NCBI GenBank assembly: GCA_022813965.1 | Contig: JALDZS010000015.1 | Span: 1 to 64,000, forward strand | Direction of reading: 5' to 3' | Source: Toensbergia leucococca | Lineage: Eukaryota | Length of the DNA: 64,000 nt | In this document: positions 1 to 12,957 of the stretch, one piece after another | Layout: the number at the start of each line of letters is the position of its first letter | How positions within the stretch are numbered: position 1 is the first letter of the stretch | The notes under the pieces: generated by a model | What the model saw: only the letters and a program-made list of their open reading frames with translations | Database searches by the model: none | What the model was told of the DNA's origin: nothing | Made by a program: the position numbers and the translations under genes

Positions 1-121
1 ACTGAGTATTTCAGTTTTAATTGTCTGAAAACGCCAAAGACAAAATGTACCAACAGCGTTAGGCAGTCAGTATCGTTCGTTCATGGCCCATAAAAGACAA
101 CTTACTAACGCCGTGAAAGCC

Positions 122-3100
122 ATGGACATTCATCGTTGTCGCTTCGTCCCTTATCCACCATCCGCCATAAATGCGCTTGCTTTCTCGCACCCTTCTTCCC
201 TCGCAACAAAGGGCAGAGGACCTGCCACGTTACGCCTTGCTATTGGTCGAGCGAATGGCGATATCGAAATATGGAACCCAATGAAAGGAGCCTGGTTCCA
301 GGAGAGCATCTTGAGAGGAGGTAGAGATCGAAGCATTGAAGGACTGGTCTGGACTCAGGACCCTGATGAGGAAGACAAGACGGGGTGGAAAACACCAGGA
401 AAACTGAGATTATTTAGTATCGGCTATTCCACTGCCGTGACTGAATGGGACCTTGCTCAAGGAGGACCCGTAAGGCACTCCAGTGGCAACTATGGGGATG
501 TTTGGTGCATAGCAGCACAGCCACGGTGGCAGGACTCAAAGAACTTGACTGGTAGAGCTGTAAATTCCACCTCACAACAGCATTCAGAATATCGAAGTCA
601 GCACATTGCCGTGGGTTGCGCAGATGGGGCAGTGGTGCTATTATCTACTGAGGATGACGATCTGCGATTTCTTCGGACATTTGCAAGACCTTCCAAGAAG
701 AAGGCACGAGTTTTGAGTATCGCATTTCAGTCCCGAGATGTTGTCGTAGCTGGACACGCTGATAGCACGATTCGGGTATACGATATACGCAACGGTCAAC
801 AGTTACGCAGTATGTCTCTTGGAGCTGGACCGGCTGGTGGTCCGAAAGAGACTCTTGTGTGGACTATCAAATGTTTGGTCGATGGTACAATTATTTCTGG
901 AGACTCGACCGGTTCAATAAGGTTTTGGGACGGAAAGAACTACAGTATGTTGCAGCGTATCAATAGCCACATGGCAGATGTACTGGACGTTGCAGCAAGT
1001 GTGGACGGCGAGACTGTGTTCAGTGGGGGCATGGACCGAAGAACCACAGTATATCGAAAGATGGGTAGTGGCAAGAGAGGGGATAGATATCGCTGGGTAG
1101 AAACTACACATAGGAGGATACACAAACATGATATTAAGACAATGGCAACATTTGAGACGAAGGTTTTCAGCGTTCTGGCCTCAGGAGGTACATTATTCGA
1201 TGTGATGGCTTGGTATCGATGACTTACTTTGTTTTTACCAGGACTCGATACTACTCCTGTCATCATACCTCTTCGAGAATTTGGAAAAGAGAATTCTCGC
1301 TCACTTTCCAGCCTTCCGAACCTGCCACCTCTTCGGAGTGCTCCTGGTCAAAACCTAATGATGAGCTGGTGGAATCGTGAAGTCAACGTATGGCAGATGT
1401 CTGGATTTCAGAAGAGCCAATTTGGCAGTGAAGAAGGCGACGACTCGGGAGAAGCCCGATCAAAACATCTTGTTGCCAGGATTGCACTCCAAGTCTGTCT
1501 CCACTTTCGTAGGTCTTCAAATAGGCCTGCTGACAACCATCCAGGGCGAGGAAAACGTTACCTGTGCTGATCTTTCTTCAAATGGCAGCTTGCTTTCAGT
1601 TTCTACCATATGTGAAGTAAAAGTATTTCGATTACGTCGGCGGAGGCATGATGCTAGGGAAAGACTAAGAGTTCATAAGTTCGAGCTTCCCAAAAGTATG
1701 CATGACTTCGGCGCAAGGATAGTACAATTTTCGCCGGACAACAAGTGGTTTGTGGTCATAAAACCCGACAACAGTATCCTGGTTTTTAGGGTTAGGTTAT
1801 ACACAACTCTCACGGAACACGAATTCATGCCAAGACCCGTAGAGTTGAAAAGGCTATCTAGAGACTCTGCCAATCCCACACTACAACACGGATCTCTTGG
1901 CAACTACGACAGGTCTATTAGTCGCGTTGCATTCTCTGCGGACAGTAGAGTCCTGGTAGTGGGAGATATTTCTGGGTATCTGGACTCCTGGGTTTTGGAA
2001 GGCCATGAAGACCTTACGCAAGAGAGTGACGACGACGAAGTTGGCAGCGGGTCATCCGAGTCCTCAGATGACGAAGGTGAGAGTAAAGCAGAGCACCACA
2101 TCATCGTTCTAGGCCAGCATTGGATTCGAAATCCTTCAGCATCACTGTTACCAAAGCTGCCCGCCGCGCCCCTCATACTCTCATTTCGACCTAGGAAGGT
2201 GTCGTCCTCACTGGCGCTGACCAATGGCAATACAGCCGTACACCCTACCCGGCACAATGCCCATCCTCATTCGCACGACCTCCCTGATGGTGAAGATCGA
2301 CTCCTTGCCCTGACGTGTGAGCATCAAATCTACGAGTTCCAGTTACTATCTGGCCGACTCTCGGATTGGTCACGGAGAAACCCTACGTCTAGTTTGCCAA
2401 GAGGATTCCGAGACATTCGTGAGCGTGCCATGGGATCGATATGGGATGTGCAATCAGGCAGACAGCGTGTTTGGTTTTACGGAAACTCCTGGCTCTTCAT
2501 GTTCGATCTATCAAAAGACATGCCGCCTTCTGTGAAGCAAGACGGACAATCCTCAGAAGGCGAGGCTGGGAATTATGTTCCAAATAACGGCAAGTCGCGG
2601 AATAAACGGAAGCGCAAGCGGGTGAATGCGGATGGTAATAAAACGCTGGAGCAAGACAGCGGGGCTGGAAATAAAATCTGCGATGCTGAGCTTCACTCCG
2701 GAATCAGTCGAAAGATTCGAAAGAGTGAAGGTCCAGAATGTAACGAATTTGGATGGATTTCGCTAGACCGTGAGCCAACTCCACCCACCGAGGATGACGA
2801 AGACAAGAGAGAGGGGGGATCAGCGCTAAACATATTACGAAGAGGTATTATCAGCGAGGATAGAGTCAGAAGTAATGGTCACATTGATGCTGATGCTGAT
2901 GCTGATGCTGATGTGGACATTGATGGCGAGTCAAGAGTCAATGTTTACATGGACTCAAGCAGCAAAGACGCCCGTCTCAGTCCACCATACTGGAGCACAT
3001 TCAAATATCGGCCTATTCTAGGTATTGTACTCATCGGAGGTGGAGACAAACTTGGACGAACAAATGGCACCGGGAAACAATTCGATGACGATGACGAGTG

Positions 3101-3194
3101 TCGACGCGGAGTTGAGGTGGCTCTGGTGGAAAGACCGATGTGGGAGGTTGACTTACCGCCAAGATACCATGGTGATCAGGAATGGGATAAGTAG
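122..3194 (+). CDS. UTP4: U3 snoRNA-associated WD40 protein Utp4 (SSU processome), 3 exons; introns 1188-1241 and 1493-1544
   Basis: N-terminus MDIHRCRFVPYPPSAINALAFS, plus RLAIGRANGDIEIWNP, WD40 repeats and C-terminal YRPILGI...VALVERP, typical of fungal Utp4. GT..AG introns join ORFs 83-1222, 1229-1570 and 1377-3194 in frame. Confidence 0.92.
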
Positions 3195-4352
3195 CGAAGC
3201 ATTACATAATGAGCATGAGCGTGTCACTTACTTAGTATAGCATCTGGAAGATGGTTAATGGAGTTTAACCGTCTCCTCGAGGCTAAGCATCACATGCATA
3301 TTCAGTCAGTTTTGAAGATGCATCAGGCTTACTTGTGACAATCTAGGCTCGAGTGGATTCAAAATTGTCAAGATTAGGTAGGCAGGTACTTTACATGACG
3401 GGCGAGTCACCCCTTGAGCATAAGTAATTGATCCAATAACCTCTGTGAGCAATATTACGGCATATCAGATCCAAGTACCAACGTCAAGACTCACGAATGG
3501 ATGGTGTGAGGATGGAGGTCGAGAGGCGACAGAGAAGTGATTGATAATGATAGAAAGGACAGATGATTAGTTGATGTAGCATAAGACGTTGATGCCGATG
3601 ACAAGTTCTGTTATTGTTGTGGATTATGAATTGAGGTTCAAGAAGCCGCGCGTAAAGAGCTAGGATGGATCGGGTCAGACCAAGCAGGGGAGTTCCCAAC
3701 TTTTGCATGTCTGCTGGCCGGACGCGCAATCCCGACATTTGTATGATGAAGCCTGTGCTCGCCTGTGAAGATTATATATCTGCTTGATCCCCTGCAAACC
3801 TCCCATATGATACATCAGAAGCTCCACGCATTTGATGCTGTAGAATAGAGAAGAGGTACATACAGGACAGACTACACTAAGGTAAATCTGTGACTGCGAG
3901 TCTCGAAGAGAAGCAAGTTCCCTTCCGTCCCTTTTTGGGATTAGTCGGCGATCGACTGGTGGCTGGCTTAGCGAACCAATCGTCTTGGAGCTTACGACGC
4001 AAAGTAAAGGCAGATCGCAAAGCAACTCATCCAACCTCCGCCACGCACTTCTCGCACCTTTCTCTACAGCCAGTTCCTCCATCCATACCAATCGTACCCA
4101 ATACATCCATTGGAATTTGACTGATCACTGCCTTCAACTCTGCCAGAACCTCTCGAGTACACCCAGTCTATCGACCAGGAAGCTGTGGAAGTCCTCTTGT
4201 GGCGATCCCTAGGCAGTGCTGCGACTGCGGCCTGAAGGACACCCATGTCCACAACCCCCTCGACTTTCCATACATTCGTTCTTTCTCTTTGGAAGCGTCC
4301 ATCTCAACCTTAAAAGACCATCGTCGTCGGTGCCTGATAAGCCTCCACCAAT

Positions 4353-5809
4353 ATGGCCGACTCAAATCGTCCTCGGAGGGAGCCTCCATCTTCAAAGCCA
4401 GGAGACTTCAATGCGCTGGATCTCACTCAACGATTTGAACAGCTGTTACGGACAAGACGACTTAACAACCTCACCGAGCGATCCCGATCACGATCAAATT
4501 CACCATCCATACAGAGTCAACCTTCCCGTTCCCATTCGTCGCGATCTTCACATCATACCTCTACCCAGCCCTCGGACAATTCCGCCGCCCCACCATCATA
4601 TTCATCCTTACGAAACCTTCCTAAGATTCCATCGCCTCCCCAAGACCCAGCATCCTTTCGGTTTCGTAACCGATTACTTACCCTTTCCGTCGGTCCCACT
4701 AAATATGAGAATCCCGGATTGCTAGATGATGCTTTGCGTGCGATACCTTTGGACAGGATATACGGAGAAGCAGAGGATGAAAGTCAACTCATGCAAGCTC
4801 AGGCTGCCAGTATTGGCGAAAATGAGAAGCCTGAATGGGGATACCAAGATTGTGTCATCCGAGCATTACTGAGGTATGTCGCGCCATATTGCAGTGACGT
4901 TGTTCGGTCGAAAAAGAGTCTAATCTTCCGTCGTAGGTGGTTCAAACGAGTGTTTTTCACCTGGGTCAACAACCCCCAGTGCACTCGATGTGGCTCGCCT
5001 ACGAGTGCCCTGGGAATGACACCACCCTCACCCGACGAAGCAGCCCGAGGTGCTGCGCAAGTGGAGCTCTATCAATGTTCAGCCTCAAACTGCGGTGCTT
5101 ATGAACGTTTTCCCCGTTATGGCGATGTGTGGGCTTTATTACAGACGAGAAGAGGTCGTTGTGGAGAATGGGCGAATTGCTTCAGCATGTTATGTAGAGC
5201 TGTAGGAGGACGGGTGAGATGGGTATGGAACGCTGAAGATCACGTCTGGACAGAGGTGTATTCGGAGCAACAGAAGAGATGGATTCACGTTGACGCTTGT
5301 GAGGAAGCTTGGGACAATCCGCGGCTCTACACTGAAGGTAGGGCTCGCAGCCTCTTTTTCTTCAGAATCTCACTAATCCAACCTTAGGCTGGGGCAAGAA
5401 GATGTCATACTGTATTGCCTTCTCCATCGATGGCGCAACAGATGTAACAAGACGCTACGTTCGCAACGGTGCGACACACGCTGCAGACCGAAACCGCGCT
5501 CCCGAAGAAGTCCTTCTCTGGATTACCAACGAAATCCGCAAAATGAGACGGGAAACTCTTTCCAAGGAAGAGAAGCGGCGCTTGATTATCGAGGATGAGC
5601 GAGAAGAGAAGGAATTGAGGGGCTACGTCGTGCAGGCCCTGGCTGCCGCAATTGGCAAGATGATCCCGACCACGCCCACCAGTGCGGGAGATGAGCAGAA
5701 ACTTCCAGCAAGGAGGAGCGGCGCTCAGGCTTGGAGGCAGGCTAGAGGAGAAGAAGGAGGAAGAGGTGGTCCACCAGGCGGGGACGGCTCTCCCAGGGAA
5801 GGTCATTGA
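4353..5809 (+). CDS. PNG1: Cytoplasmic peptide:N-glycanase Png1 (transglutaminase fold), 3 exons; introns 4874-4936 and 5338-5387
   Basis: Zn-binding CTRC...C-x4-C, RFPRY, catalytic triad intact in [19 protein letters not shown] and [16 protein letters not shown] across the second intron, and C-terminal [14 protein letters not shown]. Confidence 0.95.
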
Positions 5810-6029
5810 AATAGCATTCCGCTACGAGTTTCTCGTCTCGACTTCCAACTCAACTGTCCTACTCGGTAGTCCCCCATGGATCACCAGCCTGATTTAGCTT
5901 TACAACAAAGCCAAGATTCGGCCCTATTCGGACTGCGCCATCCATTGGCCCTGTATGGACCCAGGACCATTGGATGTGGCCCTCGCGTTAGGTCTCACGC
6001 ATCGCCACGGCTTCCTCATGTTTGGCGTT

Positions 6030-6420
6030 TCTGTTTTTTTTTTTTTTTTTGTTTTTTTTTTGGGGCGAGGAAGGGGGTGCGGGGGCATTGCATTGCATTG
6101 CGATTTTGCATATTGACGTTTCCCAACCTTGGGGCGTTTTGTTTTATATCCCTATTTTGTTCTGAACGGGTGGTGATGTTTTTTCTCGATTCGCCTTTGG
6201 GGAATTTCTCTTGTTGAGGTCTTTACACCGGGGGAACGGGGGCGTTTGCTTGTTTTTTTTTGGGGCTCCGAGCCCCGGGGGGAAGGTCTGTTGGGGGTTG
6301 TTTGGTTTTTTTTTTCGGGCTGGGATGTTTTTGCTTTTGGGGAAGAGGTGGGGTTTGTGTGGTGGTGGGGGCATGGGAAGATGAGCTGCGAGAGAGAGAG
6401 AGAGAGGAGGGGGTTGTTAG
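6030..6420. repeat. Low-complexity T/G-rich tract with poly-T runs and a (GA)n microsatellite at ~6389-6405, between convergent PNG1 and SAC1
   Basis: Directly visible homopolymer runs and a GA repeat. Confidence 0.8.
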
Positions 6421-6797
6421 TATTATGGACTTTTTCCAAGTCTCAGTTTTGTGTCTCAAAACTACATGTCTTTGACTATTCATTCGTCTCAGAAATCAAG
6501 TTCCATGTTAACCTGGCCCCCCCTTTTACCGTTTACGTAAAGCGCCACCTTGACTCTTTCTGCATCCCCAAAAATTCTCATGTCCTCTGCAATGAGCCGG
6601 GGAACAGTTTTCTTCTTGGAGATGTGGATGTTATAATACGCCCTAGCTAGAACAGAGGATAGAGGACACAAGAGAGCAGCAGAGCTAGTTTCTCTTCTGC
6701 AATTAGAATTCCTCCACTTCACCTCACAAATCCAGCCCCCTTCGTCACCCCGAGGCACAAAACGGGGGAACAAAACGCCAAAGTCGCTCTGTCTAAT

Positions 6798-9044
6798 CTA
6801 CTGGATCCTTTTCTTGCCCTCTTCCGCATGACTCAGCCGAGCATTACTCGCCCCCCGTTCCGGCCTCGTGACAAAAGCGCCAATGACCTTGTCCTTGCGC
6901 ACGTTACCCATAGTCTGCTGAAAACCCTCTGTAGCCCAGCGAGGCGTGTTGAGTTTTGGCCAGTTTACCTAGTCACAATTTTCAGTCAATCAGATCAAAT
7001 TACGTCTTGAAGGAAGGAGATGAATCAGATCCGAAGACAACTTACGTATAACATGCCATTGGTGTAAATGAAATGGAAACACCAGCTTCCAATCATGACC
7101 CACAAGATGACGAAAATCCGTAGAGGCCAGATTGTTGAATTCGGTAGTCGAGGAGTCAATATCGCAATGCCGAGCATCAAGAGACTAGTTACGAGGAAAT
7201 AGGGTATAGATTGAACTAGGGCCGGCCGACTGTCCACGAAAAGGAGGCTGCCGCCGCTGTTGGATGACGAGGGGAGATAGGCCCCAAGAAACAGATCGAA
7301 GCCGTCCTGTCGCGGACCGTCTGCGAAGTTGTTGCAGACGTAACGCGTAACAGAATTATTGAGATCCTGAGCCATGCCAGCTCGAGTTCGTTTGCCTGTT
7401 CGAGTGTAATCAGTCTTGAGAGCTCCAGTTCCCGAGTAGGATTTCGACACGACGTCGGCGTTGTCTGCCCATTTGTTTCGAAATATATCATTGAATGTTG
7501 CGTCATCTTCAAAGGACTCTCCCGATTTGAGGACACCGAGGTCGACTAGTTGTCGATTCAAGGTCCAGCGCGCAAGCAAAGTCTGTACAACGTTGGTACG
7601 ATCTAGGCAGTCCATGCAGTTGGTTCGAACGACGGCCGTCTGCTGGTTGCGAACTTCCAACCGACCATGAGCGTCCGCGGGCATGTCTAGTCCCCGGAAA
7701 TATTGACCCTTTACCAAACCCTCCTGGAGTCGATCGAGAAGTTTCAGTGCACGATGCCATTTTAAGCCCTTGGTCTCGTTATGAAAATCGAAATACACAT
7801 AATGCAGTCGATCGAACTCATGGTTTGACGTTTTCGGCTCCACCACGTGGATCGTCTCATCGGTCATCTGGCCCGCTTCACTTGATTCCGAGGGCGATGA
7901 TACCAGGAATCGTACCATCTGCTCATATGCTTCCTTGACTCGCTTTTCTCGGCCTTTCTGATTGACGAGATTGACAAGATAATTGTCTCCATATATGCGT
8001 ATCTGCTCACCAAAATGTTTTCGTGCTGCATCAACAGCACCTTCGACTGTGCGAATTTGCAGATCGGGCACGTAGTGCAGCGTGTTGACTTCTGCCCAGT
8101 AAACAGGTACGCTGCCTCTTGTCTGGACATATGACAATAATTGCATTTCTGGGCCATCATTTCCTCCAACTTTACCATTTTGCATCCCTCCTCCACCTTC
8201 CAAACCACCCAACGGCCCATAATTGTCATTGAGAATCACAATCTGCTCCGTCTCATTAAAGTTCGAGACATGCCCCTGGTCGTCAATGCCGCGCGAAAAG
8301 TATCTGGTTCCTGCTCTATGTCTTGATCTCCTTGTAATCAGCACAAAGGTTAACGGGACGGAGTTGATCCACGTCCCAGTGATTCGCATCATTCCGAAAG
8401 CTACAGGCAAAATGAAAGGATCTACGCCAGGTTGCTGTCCGGTCTGGTGTCGAAAGCTAGAAATGCTTCCACCTCCTGTTCTGAAATCAATTAGATCACT
8501 TTGAATGAATCGATTCCAGAAAAATCGGTCATCAGCTCTTTTCCACAATGGCACCGAGGGGTCAGACTGTGCCTGCCGCTGGAAGCTGTTGGTGATATCT
8601 ATGGAGTAGGAGAAGTACATAGGAGCTGATTTCAGTAAGGCCTTCAGCAGATTGATGTAAGTGTCCTCATCAGGATCATGGAGTGGACGTTCACGGAGGG
8701 ATAGAAACTCGGTAGCGATGACTTTGTACACCATGTGGCCTTTGAGACGGCCCATAGGCTGGGCTTTGGTGATCACAATGATATATTTGTCTGGCATAAC
8801 GTTAGGGCTGACGGGATTAGAATAAAGGCAGAGGTGTACCTAGTCTCAGTTTGATGATGCCCATAATACCGGCAACACTGGAGACTCTCTTAGAACCAAG
8901 TAGAAGGCCATCATTTAATCGTAAGTCTCCTGACGGACGCTCAATTACTAAAGTGGGTGATGCCGAGGCGGACGGGGAAGTAAAGGCATAGTGGGAGGCT
9001 GAAGCATGAACGTTGATATCCCGAAAAGGGAGAAGACTCCCCAT
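6798..9044 (-). CDS. SAC1: Phosphoinositide (PI4P) phosphatase Sac1, 3 exons; introns 8791-8839 and 6969-7045
   Basis: RRSRHRAGTRYFSRGID, VQTRGSVP, catalytic RTNCMDCLDRTNVVQ (CX5R), YSGTGALKTD and two C-terminal TM helices. The last exon VNWPKLNTP...EEGKKRIQ* was read from sequence. Confidence 0.95.
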
Positions 9045-9292
9045 TGAGGAAGCTCTTTTCCTTAAAAGCAGCAATGTTTGAAGAGGGATGGTGGATCTAA
9101 TTAAAGCTTCAGGCCCAACCTGGTTGAAGGTTAGGTATGAGGGTATTGCGCAGTTTGGTGGTCGGTGGCCCGGCCCTCCGTCATCTACGCTACGCCCGCT
9201 CGACAAGGCATGAAACGACGCATCGTTACAATTTGTCAAAGAACACTTCTAAATCATCATACATTCTCTACATATCTATCACACATCTTGTT

Positions 9293-9314
9293 TCTCTCTC
9301 TCTCTCTCTCTCTC
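9293..9314 (+). repeat. (CT)n microsatellite in the Rab5 5' leader / SAC1-Rab5 divergent intergenic region
   Basis: tctctctc... run directly visible. Confidence 0.85.
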
Positions 9315-9348
9315 GACATTCAAATACCACGGATTGCACAACTAGATA

Positions 9349-10243
9349 ATGTCATCACGAGTCTCCACCAGCTCTAGGCCAGGCAACCGGTTTGCTCAGT
9401 TCAAGCTCGTCTTATTGGGTCAGTGCTTGTTGCCACTCATGGATCTAGTGAAACTGTTATGCTGACATGTAGAACAGGAGAATCAGCTGTGGGAAAGGTA
9501 GATAACTGTCTACAACCAGCAGCCCTCAGCACTTGCTAATGTCTATGAATAGAGCTCACTGGTTCTGAGATTTGTGAAAGTAAGATGATAGGAGCTGCTT
9601 TATACCGCATTCCCTGTGCAAAAGTCTCTGGCTAACCTTATTTTCACAGGATCAATTCGACGACTACCGAGAGTCTACCATCGGAGCTGCCTTCCTCACT
9701 CAAACTATCGCCTTGGACGACAACACCACAGTCAAATTCGAGATATGGGATACAGCTGGACAAGAAAGATACAAGTCTCTTGCTCCAATGTACTATCGAA
9801 ACGCCAATTGCGCAGTCGTCGTCTACGACATCACACAAGCTGTAAGAACCAGGTTCATGGAAAGGGTTATAGAATTTGAGCTGACATCTATGAAGTCTTC
9901 ACTGGACAAGGCTAAGGCGTGGGTGAAGGAGCTTCAACGGCAAGCGAATGAGAACATCATTATTGCTCTTGCGGGCAATAAGCTAGATTTAGTCACAGAA
10001 CACCCAGACAAGCGTGCTATTACGGCTGGCGATGCCGAGGCATATGCTAGGGAAGCAGGGCTATTGTTCTTTGAGACGTCGGCCAAAACGGCGGAAAACG
10101 TGCGAGAACTCTTCACAGCAATCGCCCGAAAACTACCTCTTGAGCAAGCTGGTGCACGGAACATGAGATCGAACCCACGTCCAGGAGTCGATCTTAGACC
10201 AGAGGCACCTGGGACTCAAGGTGCCGGTGCCTGTAGTTGCTAG
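9349..10243 (+). CDS. YPT52: Rab5-family GTPase (Ypt52/RabB type), 5 exons including micro-exons 9478-9497 and 9553-9579
   Basis: Spliced [61 protein letters not shown] and C-terminal CSC prenylation motif. Introns 9419-9477, 9498-9552, 9580-9649 and 9842-9895. Confidence 0.9.
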
Positions 10244-11069
10244 ATTTCACGTCTCATCGGATTTTCTGGGCTTGCTGCTGCGTTGGTGGGTCTCCTTTAT
10301 CTAAGATTTTGCGAGTCGATCTAGTTTGCGTACTCGTTTGGCATGCAGCTTCAGCGAGTACCTCTTTTGTAGGTTTGTCTGGCAAGCTGTCGGTGGTAAT
10401 GTTCTTCTAATAGGAGTTTGGGTCCTAGATGTGGCTTTCACAACGGTGCAATCCCTGCTTGTCTCATATTACTTGGTAATACAGTTCGAATTTCCGAAAT
10501 GCGGCATCAAGTAATTGTCACTGTTGTTTCCATCTTGTGTTCAACATTTCCGTTGACAATAATGCTTGAAACAGTATCGTGCTATAAGAACAAGAAATGG
10601 CTATTCGTCGGTCATTACTCGCGGTCAACGCTTATATGAGCAGATTAGGTACCTTACCTTTAGACTTGATCTGTGTGTGTCTTCGCTCCTTCAATCATTG
10701 AGCCGACTTTTGTATGATTCTGTCAGTCCATGGGTTCGGTGGAACAGTCGTTGCTCGGTGGGTCCAAGAGACCATAGTACATGGCTGCTACCTATCATTA
10801 AACTATGTACCCTTTCTTATTCTGCGAAAAGATGTGGCCATTTTGTGTTAGGTATTCTTTTGTTCAAAGCCTGGCGGCAATCGCGCTCTGGGCGTCTTAC
10901 TACCCTCGGTGCCTCGCTCCCGGACCTACCTCCTATTCTCGTCGCCACTGATTAGTTCAAGCCTCACTTCAGCCTCATGACGTAGGACTTCGGGGAGCGG
11001 GTAAAGTTTCCCCGACTTCACGTCTTCCTCTTGCGCTCACGACTCCACAGCTTTCAATCAAATTCCCAT

Positions 11070-12779
11070 ATGTTCATCTACCCAGTATTATCAAAATGCC
11101 TCACTCCCTGCTTCCTAACTAAACGGTACCTCCATAATACCAGTAAGATGGAGCGTACCTATAGTGTAAGCTTGTGGTCTACATACATCGTCCAGATGCT
11201 AATCAAAACCAAAGGATGCTGTCGCTGCTCTCAACACCCTCCAGACCAACTTTGCCGTAATTGATGCTTTTCGGAAGTCAGGCGGAAATGCGAATGCACA
11301 AGCAATCCCCGAAACAATCGAGTGGTGCCGTAGAATAGGGTATGAGGTGTGCGCTCTCCCAAGAGCAGATTCGCCAAAGACGGCTTACCAACAACGCCAT
11401 AGCCCTCGGATTTCGATCGTATAAAACCCATCCACATCGCCGGCACAAAGGGCAAGGGATCAACAAGCGCATTCATCTCCTCCATCCTCACTCAATACCT
11501 ACCCTCCCCCTCACAGCCCAAGCCCCTCTTCCACAAAATCGGCCTCTACACCTCGCCCCACCTCCGCTTCGTGCGCGAGCGCATCCAAATCAACAACCAG
11601 CCCCTCTCCGAAGAAATATTTGCAAGATATTTCTTCGAAGTATGGGACCGCCTCGAAGACTCCGCCCGCTCGGCCGGGCTCCCAACTGACACCAGCGCCA
11701 AACCAGCCTACTTCCGATTTCTGACACTGATGGCCTTCCACACGTACATAAGTGAAGACGTCGATACCGCCGTAATCGAATGCGGCATAGGAGGCGAATA
11801 TGATACTACCAACATTCTCGTCTCCCCCACCGTCACTGGCATTACTAACCTTGGTATCGATCACACTTCCATGCTCGGCAACACCATTGAAGAAATAGCC
11901 TGGCACAAGGCCGGCATCTTCAAGCCATCCGCCCCAGCATACACTGTCCAGCAGCTCCCTCAAGCCATGCCCATCCTGCACCAGCGCGCCCTTGAAAAAT
12001 CAACTTCCCTCCGAGTCGCCTCCCCATCCCCAGAGTTTTCGACCATCAAACTCGGCCTCGCCGCCTCCTTCCAATACATAAATGCCAGTCTCGCCACCGA
12101 AATAGTCGCCGCTCATCTCTCCATCCTCGGTCACAGCACAAGCACTTCCCCTCTCCCCCCCGAATTCATCCGTGGCCTTCAACAAGTGCACTGGCCCGGC
12201 CGCTGTGACATCCGTCGTGAAAGTAACATAGTATGGCATCTTGATGGCGGTCATACACTCGAGAGCATCAAAGTCGCTGCAAAATGGTTCGCAGAGCAGA
12301 TCCCTCGCCCAGAGGACAGCATCAACAATAGCAGTATCAAAAACAACCTACCTCCCACACGCCCCCGCGTTCTTGTTTTCAACCAACAGACCCGCGACGC
12401 CGGCGCTCTTGCTCAAGCACTCCACACAACTCTCGTCCAAGCACTAGGCGCCCAGCGTCCCTTCACCCACGCAGTCTTCTGCACAAACGTTACATTCAAG
12501 AATGGCGGATACAAGCCAGACTTGGTGAGTTTGAACACGAACTCTGCCGCGGTAGGAGAGTTAAGCGTGCAAAGGGGATTGGCGAGGACGTGGGAGGATA
12601 TTGATGCGGGGACGGAGGTCAAGGTTCTTGGGACGATTGAGGAGGCGGTGGGGTGGGTTAGGGAGGTGGCGGCTGAGGAGAAGGAAGAGGGCGAGGTGAT
12701 GGTCTTGTGTACCGGGAGCGTGCACCTTATTGGGGGGATGCTGGAAGTACTGGAGACGGGTGGAAAGGGGGAGGGTTAG
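11070..12779 (+). CDS. MET7: Folylpolyglutamate synthase, 3 exons; introns 11166-11214 and 11347-11402; second in-frame ATG at 11148
   Basis: RTYSDAVAALNTLQTN, IHIAGTKGKGST P-loop, GLYTSPHL, ECGIGGEYDTTN, WPGRC, LDGGHT and LCTGSVHLIGG. Confidence 0.9.
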
Positions 12780-12957
12780 TGCGGAGAGGCGGATTGAAAC
12801 TAGGAGGGAAGATTTAAGGAGATCGACGGTTAATTCAAGGGAGGGCAACAGGGGATGAACAGCCAATTTCAGACCAGGAGTGAGCGATAGATGTTCAACC
12901 ATCTGTCCCAACATATCTAACCGTCACATTACTACCCCACTCACTCACCTCTCTTCC

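Noticed and set aside
3484..4352. Short ORFs between UTP4 and PNG1
   Set aside because: No coding signal or known motif; most likely promoter and long 5' leader of PNG1.
5876..6483. Several ORFs rich in F/G/K/P
   Set aside because: They are translations of homopolymer-rich low-complexity 3' UTR sequence.
6489..6645. Possible stray exon AYYNIHISKKKTVPRLIAEDMRIFGDAERVKVALYVNGKRGGQVNMELDF after an AG (minus strand)
   Set aside because: SAC1 already ends properly at 6798. No start or donor could be linked to this segment and no family was recognised.
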